Shown: positions 27,601 through 39,600 of the stretch, in pieces
Numbering within the stretch: the stretch's first letter is position 1
How the letters are laid out: each line of letters opens with the position of its first letter
Source of the DNA: Phallusia mammillata
Taxonomy: Eukaryota
Length of the DNA stretch: 64,000 nucleotides
Direction of reading: 5' to 3'
Assembly (NCBI GenBank): GCA_965637545.1
Contig: OZ281501.1
Span: forward strand, 16,616,001 to 16,680,000
Program-made: the position numbers and the translations under genes
The notes under the pieces: model-generated
Seen by the model: the letters and a program-made list of their open reading frames with translations, nothing else
Databases searched by the model: none
Told to the model about the DNA's origin: nothing

Positions 27601-30600
27601 AGCTCGTAACATGACTCTCCTGCTTTTTTGTTGTCTGAACACATGTATTGTATCAAGCATCCATTGTCATCGGTCATATTCACTGAAGAGCCACGGGATA
27701 TGAGGGTACCGTTGCCTATGTCACAAGAATTGCAAGTGCAGTTTGACCAATTGGAACAACAATCTTCATCAGTTTTCAGATCCTCTGTAATGTAACCAGT
27801 CTTACAGCTTGGTGGCGATGAGTTCTCACATGTTTTGCAAAAGCAGTTGTATTTCGGACAACATGGGGAGCTTGGGTCGCTTCCTGCTGGCTCCGATTCC
27901 ACTGCTTTCTTGTCAGACGTACAATTTGCTTCTTCAAACTGTGTGGCTGTTTGGCAATCCATCCGAGGGTCGTAGGTTGTTACTGGTGTGCGGCATGTGG
28001 TCGTATTATCCGGGTTCTCATGTTGAGCGGAACAACTCTTCGTTATCATACAACCTTCGCCCACGTCCTCATTCCAAGTTTCATTGATCGCTACAGGGTT
28101 ACCGTCGATCATACACACGTCGCACACACAGCTGTATATCGGACAGCAGTTGTTGGTGAGTGGGTCAGTCTCGGTGGAAACAGATACAGAGTGGTTTTTC
28201 GGGCATTCCGGTTCGGAACAGTTGTCATGGCTTTCTTGGCATACAATTTTATACCGAGGACAACATTTCTGAGCCGGATTTTCTTCTATCGTCAGAGGCT
28301 CGTACTTTTCATACGGCTTGAGAGGTGTAGGGTAGGGTATGTACTCTATCGGGCATTGAGAGCAGGTGCAGTTGTAGTAAGGACAGCACTGTCCATCAAC
28401 TGGGGTACGTTGGCGTTCTTCTCCAAAACCACATTCGATGTTGTAGCCTGAGCAATGCGAATCTAGTTCGGGTTGTCCGTAACACTCGCACGTGAGAGTT
28501 TCACAACAGTTGTTGGTGACTTCATACGTTGAGTTCATTCTTCCCTCAATGTTACAATCTTCTTCAGTGACACTAGACTCTGGACAATTCTTCATCAACA
28601 TGGTTTCGTTGTTGCACACGCATTTATATTCTGGGCAACACTGTTCTGATGAAGATTCCACAAGCTCAGCGTGTTCGTAACCTTTCAGGCAGTTGCCCTC
28701 AAATGTGTCCTTCTCTATACACGACAAACTTTCGTTGTATGTTACTGACATGGTGTAACATGAATCGGCTTGCTGTGGCGCAGAGCAAGACCACGTGACT
28801 TTACATCCGTTTTCGGTTCCGTTAAAGTCTTCACCAACATTGACACGTGAATTGTCAGGCGCTTCGCAACTGTCGCAGATGCAGTTCCATTTGGTGCAAC
28901 AATCATCTAATGTTGTGATATCTTGTGCCAAGTAACCTGGATCGCACTCTGGTTTGTTGTCGTCGCACGTTTTGCAAGTACAGTCGTACACTGGGCAGCA
29001 AGGACTGTCAGGATTGGTACCGGGTTGACTTGTTATTGTCACTTCCCTGTCATCCCTGGTGCATGCATCGTTGGTTGAATTGTATCCGGGACAAAGATTT
29101 TTAAGTTGCTTTATGTCCTCGTTGCATGTGCAGTTGTATGTGGGATAACATCGTTCCTCATTTGCAGGATATTTAGTCTTCATCTCGCCAGGATAATCGC
29201 ATGTTATTTCCTCATTTACTCGGGTTGTGTTGCACTCTATGAAATGAAAGTAAAGTAATTTGAAACTTTTCTATTAAACTCACATATATTAGCTCATTCC
29301 AAAATGTTTCCATTTCGTATCAGATGCAAAATCCATGTCAAAAACACACATCGCAGGAGATTATTGACCTCCCTATTTGAGCTATACGTGTAATGGTACT
29401 TACCACAATCATAGTCTGGACAACATTTTTCGTTTTCTATTTTCACAGCATATTCTCCTTCTCGCTTGCAATGGCGTGTCTCGAATTCTTCTTTGGTTGT
29501 ACAGTTGAACGGTACTAAACAAAATCGCAAAGTAAAGTCGTTAGTTGACTGAGTAAACAGAATGCAAGCAATCTGGTTTCAGTTCGTTATTGGCGATTAC
29601 AAATATGTTAGCACTTCACAGGTTTAAAAAAATGTTTTAGTTTAACAGTAAAAACAATTTTCTTACCACAATCATATTCCTCGCAGCAAGGTTCAGGGTC
29701 TTCGTCGGGACTTGCGTATACCTTCTTACTCTGGGTAGTGCAACGAGGACAAACCTCCGATTCGCAAACAGGAAACGTTTCAGGTACAAAGCAACCATCT
29801 TCACCGCGGGCTGTGTTCCTGCATGTGTAGTTTCTAAGACATCTGTCATCGCCTCTTGCCTGCCAGGAGCTGTCAACTTCTCGAGTGACGTTGTTGTTAT
29901 CTTTGCACGACGAACACACGCATTTTGATTTCTTGCAGCCGCAAGTATCTGTTTCAGATATCTCTTTGTAGCCATCTGGGCACGAAGATACCTGGAATAA
30001 ACAATTTTTTCAACTGTTTTGGTGCCTAAACATCACTTGGTACAGCGTACAATACTAGGGTTTGTTTCTCTATTTCTGTGTTTGCGTACAAATGATTGAC
30101 ACCTGATATTGTAAAAGTAAAATACTTCTTGTTGGGAGTTGGCTTAGGAATTGTTATATGTGTCCTCCTTGTGTGGACTGATTCTACATGTTTAATGTTT
30201 GTTTATTTTAACATTTTTATCTAATTGGCCACAATGTTTCACGAATATTACAGATATAACTGAAATGTTCATCCAATGTTTTAAACAAGCTTTTTGTACC
30301 TGTGATTGACATGATTTGCATACACAAGCATAGTCAGGACAGCACGGGTTAGATGATGTAGTGTTGAGTTCTACAACTTCACGATTGTCATCAAAACAAC
30401 TGATAAAGGCATTCTGATATGTTTGACATCTATTCTGATATTCTGTCGAATCATTGTAACATTCACAACGAGTACAAAGTCTCGAGCCTTCGAAATATTC
30501 CACCTGCTTCTGTCCAGGATAAGAGCAAGTTTCATTGCGGCATGCTGGAAGATAATAAACAAAAAATAATTTAGTAACATCAAGTTTTCATGCAACGGGC

Positions 30601-33600
30601 CCAGTATTTGCCCGAAACAAGTAATTTTGATTGTTTAAAGGAGCTAACATAGAGAGGACTATTTTGGAGATCAGCACTTTAAATATGAGTAGTTATTTGT
30701 TTGCATTGTTTGTGTTACACGTTCTTTTTTCATTCCAAGCATATGAAGGTATACTTTTGTTGTTTTCAAATGTTCACAACGTGTTTTTAAAGGAAACATT
30801 CAACGGCAAGTGCTGCAATTAAAATAGGATACGTTTTGTTACCCTCTCTTGGTCTTTATTGTATGTCAAAAACATCTGTACTTGGAAATAAATAACACTA
30901 AAGCAAACCCAAAAGTTTAGTTATTTTATACTTTTCCGGAAGTGTACTTACCGCAGTCGTATATTTTGCAACAAGATGAAGTGTCTGTCTCTACTGTCTC
31001 ACGGTTGTTCGGCTTACAATTGTGAAAGTCGAACTCATCTTTGCTCTCACAGGTCAAACTCTCGTTTTTGTAAACCGTCAGCTCGTAACATGACTCTCCT
31101 GCTTTTTTGTTGTCTGAACACATGTATTGTATCAAGCATCCATTCTCATCGGTCATATTCACTGAAGAGCCACGGGATATGAGGGTACCGTTGCCTATGT
31201 CACAAGAATTGCAAGTGCAGTTTGACCAATTGGAACAACAGTCTTCATCGGTTTTCAGATCCTCTGTAATGTAACCAGTCTTACAGCTTGGTGGCGATGA
31301 GTTCTCACATGTTTTGCAAAAGCAGTTGTATTTCGGACAACATGGGGAGCTTGGGTCGCTTCCTGCTGGCTCCGATTCCACTGCTTTCTTGTCAGACGTA
31401 CAATTTGCTTCTTCAAACTGTGTGGCTGTTTGGCAATCCATCCGAGGGTCGTAGGTTGTTACTGGTGTGCGGCATGTGGTCGTATTATCCGGGTTCTCAT
31501 GTTGAGCGGAACAACTCTTCGTTATCATACAACCTTCGCCCACGTCCTCATTCCAAGTTTCATTGATCGCTACAGGGTTACCGTCGATCATACACACGTC
31601 GCACACACAGCTGTATATCGGACAGCAGTTGTTGGTGAGTGGGTCAGTCTCGGTGGAAACAGATACAGAGTGGTTTTTCGGGCATTCCGGTTCGGAACAG
31701 TTGTCATGGCTTTCTTGGCATACAATTTTATACCGAGGACAACATTTCTGAGCCGGATTTTCTTCTATCGTCAGAGGCTCGTACTTTTCATACGGCTTGA
31801 GAGGTGTAGGGTAGGGTATGTACTCTATCGGGCATTGAGAGCAGGTGCAGTTGTAGTAAGGACAGCACTGTCCATCAACTGGGGTACGTTGGCGTTCTTC
31901 TCCAAAACCACATTCGATGTTGTAGCCTGAGCAATGCGAATCTAGTTCCGGTTGTCCGTAACACTCGCACGTGAGAGTTTCACAACAGTTGTTGGTGACT
32001 TCATACGTTGAGTTCATTCTTCCCTCAATGTTACAATCTTCTTCAGTGACACTAGACTCTGGACAATTCTTCATCAACATGGTTTCGTTGTTGCACACGC
32101 ATTTATATTCTGGGCAACACTGTTCTGATGAAGATTCAACAAGCTCAGCGTGTTCGTAACCTTTCAGGCAGTTGCCCTCAAATGTGTCCTTCTCTATACA
32201 CGACAAACTTTCGTTGTATGTTACTGACATGGTGTAACATGAATCGGCTTGCTGTGGCGCAGAGCAAGACCACGTGACTTTACATCCGTTTTCGGTTCCG
32301 TTAAAGTCTTCACCAACATTGACACGTGAATTGTCAGGCGCTTCGCAACTGTCGCAGATGCAGTTCCATTTGGTGCAACAATCATCTAATGTTGTGATAT
32401 CTTGTGCCAAGTAACCTGGATCGCACTCTGGTTTGTTGTCGTCGCACGTTTTGCAAGTACAGTCGTACACTGGGCAGCAAGGACTGTCAGGATTGGTACC
32501 GGGTTGACTTGTTATTGTCACTTCCCTGTCATCCCTGGTGCATGCATCTTTGGTTACATTGTATTCGGGACAAAGATTTTCAAGTTTTTTCATGTCCTCG
32601 TTACAAGTGCAGTTGTAAGTGGGATAGCAATGTGTTTCATTAGGTGGATACTCTGTTAAGTCTTCGCCAGGCAGATCGCAAGCTGGTTCCTCGGGTGCCC
32701 CAGTTTCGTTGCAAGCTGAAAATAGAAAAGAAAGGGTGGTGTATAGTTATACAGTTTTTGTATTCAGACACTTTGTACTTACAGCATTGGAACTGAGGAC
32801 AGCATGTGGCAATGTCAATTTGGTCGGCATATTCACCGACTCTTGTGCAATATTCTTTTTCGTATTCAGCTTTTGTTGTACAGTTGTCTTTTTGATTGCC
32901 TAACGTTTCTGATCTGTAGCAAGCATTGGAATCGTTTGATTCTCTAACTTCCAAGCAGCGCACCGTCTTGTTGCACAAATCGTTGTCGATGTAAGTGTGG
33001 GTGGCCCCGATATCCAAATTGACTCCGTAGGGGAGCTTGCACTTATTGCAGACACATTCGTATTCTGGACAACACCCTTCAGTTGGTATCTTGTTAAGGG
33101 TTTGCCATTCAAGACAGGTTGGCGGTTCGTTACACGAGCAACCTGTTTAAAAAAATTCTTTAGTGCATCGGTTCCTAACCTTTCTGGTGTCGTGACCCCC
33201 AGATAACAGTTGCCAAGTTGCGGTGACACCAAGGACAAAATTAGTATGCTTTTAAAATTGACTGAATTTTTTTCTCAACAACGAAGTGGTCCATGGGTTT
33301 ATTTTATTGGGGCTAGTGGTCCATTGCCTGAAACTAGTTGGGAACCATTGCTTTAGGCGACCCCAGGCAAATTGTCAGACGACTCTAGTTAGGGTCGCGA
33401 CCCACAGGTTGGGAACCGCTGCTTTAGTGGATCCAAGAGTCAATTTGGCGATTTGGGGAAATATTTTAAACAAGGTTTGAACTATCGAGAGGTTCGTAAA
33501 AAACCTAAACAACTTTTGTTTGTATGACGTAACCTAGTCGTAGTCTGTTCACTTACATTCGGTTTTAACGCACTCTGTCGTACTGGCGTCTCGTCTTACG

Positions 33601-36600
33601 TAACCAGGTTTGCACACACACCCGGTGACGAGCTGTTCACTTTGACAAGATCCGGGCACTGATGTCTCGTAGGATTGACATGTTTGATCAATTTCACAAA
33701 CCTTTGCACACCGTCGGTATTCTGTACCTTCCTCTGTACATTCTTCAACTGCGACAAAATTGATTAGGCTTTAAAGTTGGGACTTTCTTTGGAATTAATG
33801 AAATTCGGCTTTGGTAAAGAACACGTTAAGCAGAAGTTTAAAGGATAGAAAAAATAATTAGAGCGACAAAGAGGTATGTGTAAAACCTAAATAGTCAAAC
33901 GAAATTTAGGAGCAAAATCTATGAATTGTCACCACCGGATCGCATTAAGCAAGTCAGCCAAAAGTTTGGTTGCACATTGAAAAATAAGTAATTCACTTCA
34001 CGCGTTGAAAAATATGGAAATGTGTCAGCGAAATTTTTGGTATGTTAGTTGATTTGCAAAGCTTCAGTGGACAAAATAATGTTAATGTCTTTCTGTTGTC
34101 TTACCTTGACAGTCTATGACATTATTTGGATCCACACAAACACCATTTTGCAAGCAGAGATTTACAAATGCTTCCACTGCACTGCTGCGGCAAGTATCGC
34201 ACTAAAAATACACAAAATCTTGTGGTAACTACAATTGAATGCTAAAAAACAAAATTAAAATACATTACAAAACCAAAGTCGTCAAATAATAAATAGAAGT
34301 ACATAAATGTTTTCTGATGAGTATGAGGAGTCATGCAGAACTAAATTATTTTTTCTTCGCTTGTATTTAGAATGACGTGTGGGTATATTCTGTCTGCCTT
34401 GTTGAAAAGAATTAGGAAAACACTTTCGCCATTTGAGATTTACAAATGTTCCTGAGTTTTGTTTACAAAGCATATTTGTCACTTATAATTTCAACAATAA
34501 AACACACTCTGGTGCTTGTTACTGGTTTCTTGTTCAGAGTGGTTTAGAGTGGAATACCTTTTTGGTTTTGTTCGCGTCGAAAATACACGCCTTGGCAAAT
34601 TGTTCGGCGTCTGCATGCGATTCACATTTCTTAAACTCAGTTGAATTGAAGATGTCGCACACATCAGGAGCACATGTTGCATTACTACACCGGTGGGGTA
34701 ATTCATATCCTTGCTCCTTTAATCTTTAAAAACACAACAACATTTTTCTCTGATCTACGCCGTAGTTTGTCCGGTAATGTAATGTTTCAGAACACTTACT
34801 GTTTACAGGTAAGACAAGATGGCGATGTACACTTTTCACATTCTTGATCAGTAACATTCACCAACCAGTTGTGGCCAAAATCATTTTTGTCGACGATTTT
34901 GGTGCCGTTTTTCCCTTCAAAATCGTCATTTCTGTCGTTGGTACATGTTCCTACAGTAACAACAAAAAACTCAATGTTACGAGGATCGAAATTGCAACTC
35001 TTGGCAACTCAAGTTGAACTCGCACACTCTCTAAACCGACTTGTTACAAACAGTTTTTTTTAAGGTTTGGTTTGGGTGACCGCTAAGTAGTTTTAAGAGA
35101 CCGCAAGTGTTTCATTTAAATACCAAAAAATAGTACTGTAGTTGCAAGTCCAAATTTTGGGAAACCGCTGGAGAAATTTGGGGGACCGTTTCGGTCCCCC
35201 AAAACACCTTAAAAAAACACTGGTTACAAATAACAATTGTTTAAACGTGTGGAATAAAAAAGTTTTCTAGTATATATCATTCGCACTCTTGTAGTTTTGT
35301 TTGTAAACACGCTCTTTTCAAACCCGTATTTAGTTCTGCAACTACGATATTGCTGTCTTACTTAAACTGCAGATAACAAACTACAGAAGTAGGACAAAAA
35401 GTCACAAGTACTTACCGCACAGACCAACAGTGCGATTAAAATGTGAAGAGAATGGGATTTTTATGCTGACCAAGGGAGCATTGGCGTTTGTGTTGTACAC
35501 AAGTGTAAGATCGATCTCCGGGATTAGTAAGAAAATTAGACGTGCCACGATTCGGATAGAAATGCCACCTTCAGACCAAGGAAGCGTAGGCACCGCGACG
35601 CCGTTTACTTTGACCTGAAATATACGTTCAGTATTCTTATGATTTTGATGTTTCCTGAAAGTTAACACTGACTCGAAAGTTTTTTGTTTTGATAACCTAA
35701 ATTTATTTCATGTTTGGTATGTTGTTAATCTTTAAATATACATCTCGAGAAAATCGTTTGGTACAAAATCAGTATATTAAACCATTTATCTGAAAATAAT
35801 TATGTGTTTTGCCCCAAATGTCAACAAGACACCATTATTGGAATCGAATCAGCAAAAGTATGTACATCTAACATACAACACACAGTTTTCTTATTCACTT
35901 CGCCAAACTTACAGATTCCATCAGTGTTTGACCTGGTCCACGGTACAGTTCAACCTGTGTCCCATCCCATTCTACAAAAACTTTTTTCAAGCAAGTCAGA
36001 GGGTTGTCGTTTTCATCCGAACACACTGTGTTGTCACTGTATGGAAAAAATAGGTGCTTATAAAATAACCAGGAATCTTAACGTTTCGGCGATTTACTGA
36101 TGTAAAGTAAATAAAGGGGTTTAAAGTAAGATTTTCGCGCTCGAAAAACTGTTTTTGAAGTGCTCTTTGTAAGTATGTGCGATGTCTGCGCAAGTTTTGT
36201 TACATGTGAGCATCTAATCTGGGAATTGACTGCACATTTGTTTTTCCATTTTTAAATTTCCTTTTTTTTTAATAACGTAAGACCAGACTTGCTAGAGTTT
36301 CAATGTGTTAAAACATTTTCGGACATGAAAACCACGATAGAACCACCTATGTGCCCATCACCAAATACCTGTAGATATGAAGGCGGTCCGAATTTCTGTA
36401 AGTCACCAAAGTGTAATGACATTGTCCCATGAATGCGTAAGATGAACCATCAAAAGTCGAATAGTGTGGATCTCCAAACGCAGTGCAAATACCTTTAAAG
36501 TAACCTCACGTTTCAACAGATTTGTCTTTCAGGTACTATCGTAGTGGGACCATGGTTTCATGAATCCATGATAGGCCAACTTAAACGTTTTTAACAGAAC

Positions 36601-39600
36601 ATGAATCCTGCAAAGTTTGGGTTACTTACATTGACATTGATAGTCAGGGCAGCAAGGGTCTTCGGGAAAACGTTCTGCCGTTGCAGCCATTCTGTTAACA
36701 CACGTTGGTACGACTTGGCCGGGACATGACTCAGGGATCTCCATTATATTACATCCTTCAGCGCACGAACATTCGCAGCGTTTTCGCAAACAACTGTTTA
36801 CTTCCCACTCTTCTCCGGGCTGTAAACAACAGTTACAAGATTATTAGCCAAAAAATAAGGATAAAAGGAAAATGATTTTTCTTGTTGTTGAAAACAGATA
36901 AACTGATAGCAAACGGTTGGCAATTAAAGAAAAAACAAGTGTGTTAATGTAAAAAATATATTAAATATTTTTTTTGAGAAACACATCATTAGTAATTTTC
37001 TTTTTCAGAATACATCAGGATTAGAACGTAAATCGAGGGTTTGTACACTATGGCAGTGGTTCCCAACCAGAGGGGAATTCCCTATTAGGGGGGGGGATTT
37101 TGTAATTTGTAGGGGGATTTTGTGTTACAATATATTTTATATTAATCTCTTACTGGTTGTCTGTGCTATGTGTTATTGCTGCAGTTGCCACACATGAGCT
37201 GAGGAAAAGAAAGTTAAAGATCGTATATATTAAAAGCTATAGATCTTATAATCGAGAGTTTAGTTTCTGTTCTAAGAATTACATTAAAATGTTAATTTAA
37301 ATGATATTTTAGAAAACTAAATTTGTAGGGGGGGATTAGATTTGATCGACTAAAATCGACTAAAATGGTGCACAGGACAAAAAGGTTAGGAACCACTGCA
37401 CTATGGTAATGCCATGGCAGCAAATCGATTTATTTGGTAAAATGCCGAACGAAAATGTCAGTCACACTTTTGTTACAAAATGTGGAAAATCGGCAATCAA
37501 ACGTGTTTACTCACCCCATGCACCATCCCTTCGTCCAAGCATCCCGATTTGCAACATTCCCCTGGGCAACATTCTGTGCTTGCTGATGTGTCTGTCACCA
37601 GATACTCGTTAACAGGGCATACTGCATGTAAACAATAATCTCGAAGGTCGGCACGTTGGCTGTATGGACAAGAATCGGGTGCAGTTGAATTTAGGGTGCA
37701 AGTCTGTTAAAGTAAATGACCATAGTTTGAAAAACACTCAGAAACGTATCCTATTATGACGGCCCGTAGGTCGAAATCTAATAATATGGATAGATTAGTA
37801 ACTAAAACGCACCCACTTGTCCAAAAGCTACATTTCGCAGGTTGACTAATTTGTTTACAAAAAATGCTGAAAAGTGATTTACAATTAGGTGATTGCTAAA
37901 TTATCATGTTGCCGCAACAAACAATTTGGTTCAACACAATGTCAATAAGATAACTCTAATGCATTTAGTTGCTCATTATTTTAGAAAACGTGTAAAAAGC
38001 ATTGCAGTGTTCATAATGCCATGAATAAAAATGCTCAGCGCTTTTAAGGCAGTCATATTATCCCAGGCAATACAGCGCGGTCTCTACTCGTGCCCAATTA
38101 TAACACTAACAATACACAAACGCATACATATTGAATGCAGGAGTCAGTTGAATCTTTCCAATCGTCGTCGATGTTGTAGACCTCTCCTGTTGCACTGTCA
38201 TAACATTTTGTGCAGTTGCATTCCTTCCGATCACAGCAATCGTTTAGCTCTCCAACCTGGGCAAAGGAAAAGTTGAAGAAATAGATAACGTTTAAAGCAA
38301 AATCTAAACAAAGTATAAAACAACAGTACAACTGCACACACACTAAGACCAGAGGTAAGTAACACCAAAGCAGCGGTTACGAGATCGAGTTTCCAAAAGG
38401 AAGTGTTTTGGCCTATTTGTAAAAAAGTAACGTCTAATCAGGGTTTGAAAAATTATTGAAAAACACAATTTAATACATACAACGCTGTCTATTCTCCTTG
38501 AGTTTTATGTCAATTACTCCAATTTGGTTTGTTTAATAGTTATTGTAGACTTATAATTCGAAAAAAATCACTATAACTTAAGGGGCACTAAAAAGGTTTG
38601 GACTTTTAATTAGGTCGCCAACGTTTGAATTTAATAGACTTACCGTGGTAAGTTCTTCTTGAATGCCACACGATGGTTCAAAAACTTTGCACTTTGTTTC
38701 GTTACAGGAGCAATTGTATGCGGGGCAACAAGTTCCCTCAAGGTCTGATGTAACCTGAGGAACAGAAACATGGTTCTAACATGTGTGTTAAAAATTTTAA
38801 ACACTTAAACAACAAATACTTCGGTTTCACGCACCGACTTTGGCTCCTTTAAAATAACGAGACATTACCAGCAATACTTGTAGTGATCAACATAAAACGG
38901 ATTTAGGATGCGTTCATTTATTATAAAATTTGTTAAAAGCTATAGTAGAAAACGTGAAACGTATAAAGCATATTTATAAAAGTTTTCAATTTTTTATAAA
39001 AAAGGGCATTGTTGAAATGTATGTTGTTACAAAAACTACAATACTTTAGAAATAAACACACTTTCAGCCAACAACTAAAAAGAGAAAACGGAATAAAACC
39101 AATAATTTATTTTACGTTTGTTCGTTTAAAATTTTCAACAGCGGGCATGATAAAGTAATCATCAATGATTTAAAAATCTTGTTGGGCAAATGTTTATACC
39201 TTGTCCTCGTAATCAGCACACTCGGTCGTGTCTTCCGCGCAAGCAACAGGGACACACTCATGTTTTGGACAACAGGTATCGTAAGCACATCTCATGTCAG
39301 GGCTTCCTGGCGTACCGGCTTCGGTCGTGTTAAGGATCTTACACTCGCCACAAGTGGGCGCCTTTGTGCAATCGGCAGGGTCACACACTGTGAGAAAGTA
39401 TATCAAATAAAGGGTAGGCTACAATGCTCGTACAGCAATATTTAGAGAGATCACAGTGACATAGGTTCTTATGATACTAAAATCTGAACCCTATGTACTA
39501 AGCGCAAATATAAATGATTTATAAATATTGTTTGTTACGTATATAAGCTGTTTCTGCCAGGCATAATATCAAATATACAGCTCTTTTGCAAATTTTGTTT

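Noticed and set aside
13633-32593. The ORF-track 544-578 aa ORFs read as six separate paralogous genes
   Set aside because: They lack signal peptides and are bounded by canonical splice sites. Each ORF runs a few codons into the intron after CG|GTAAGT. They are internal exons of one gene.
13704-32659. Repeated + strand ORFs (166, 92, 68, 63, 62 aa) in every unit
   Set aside because: They are antisense shadows of the Cys-rich exons or intronic ORFs. Their recurrence only reflects the DNA duplication, and they show no protein-like features.
13714-32715. CRISPR-like or satellite interpretation of the array
   Set aside because: The DNA is eukaryotic, the unit is 3.5 kb and coding, and there is no short repeat with unique spacers.
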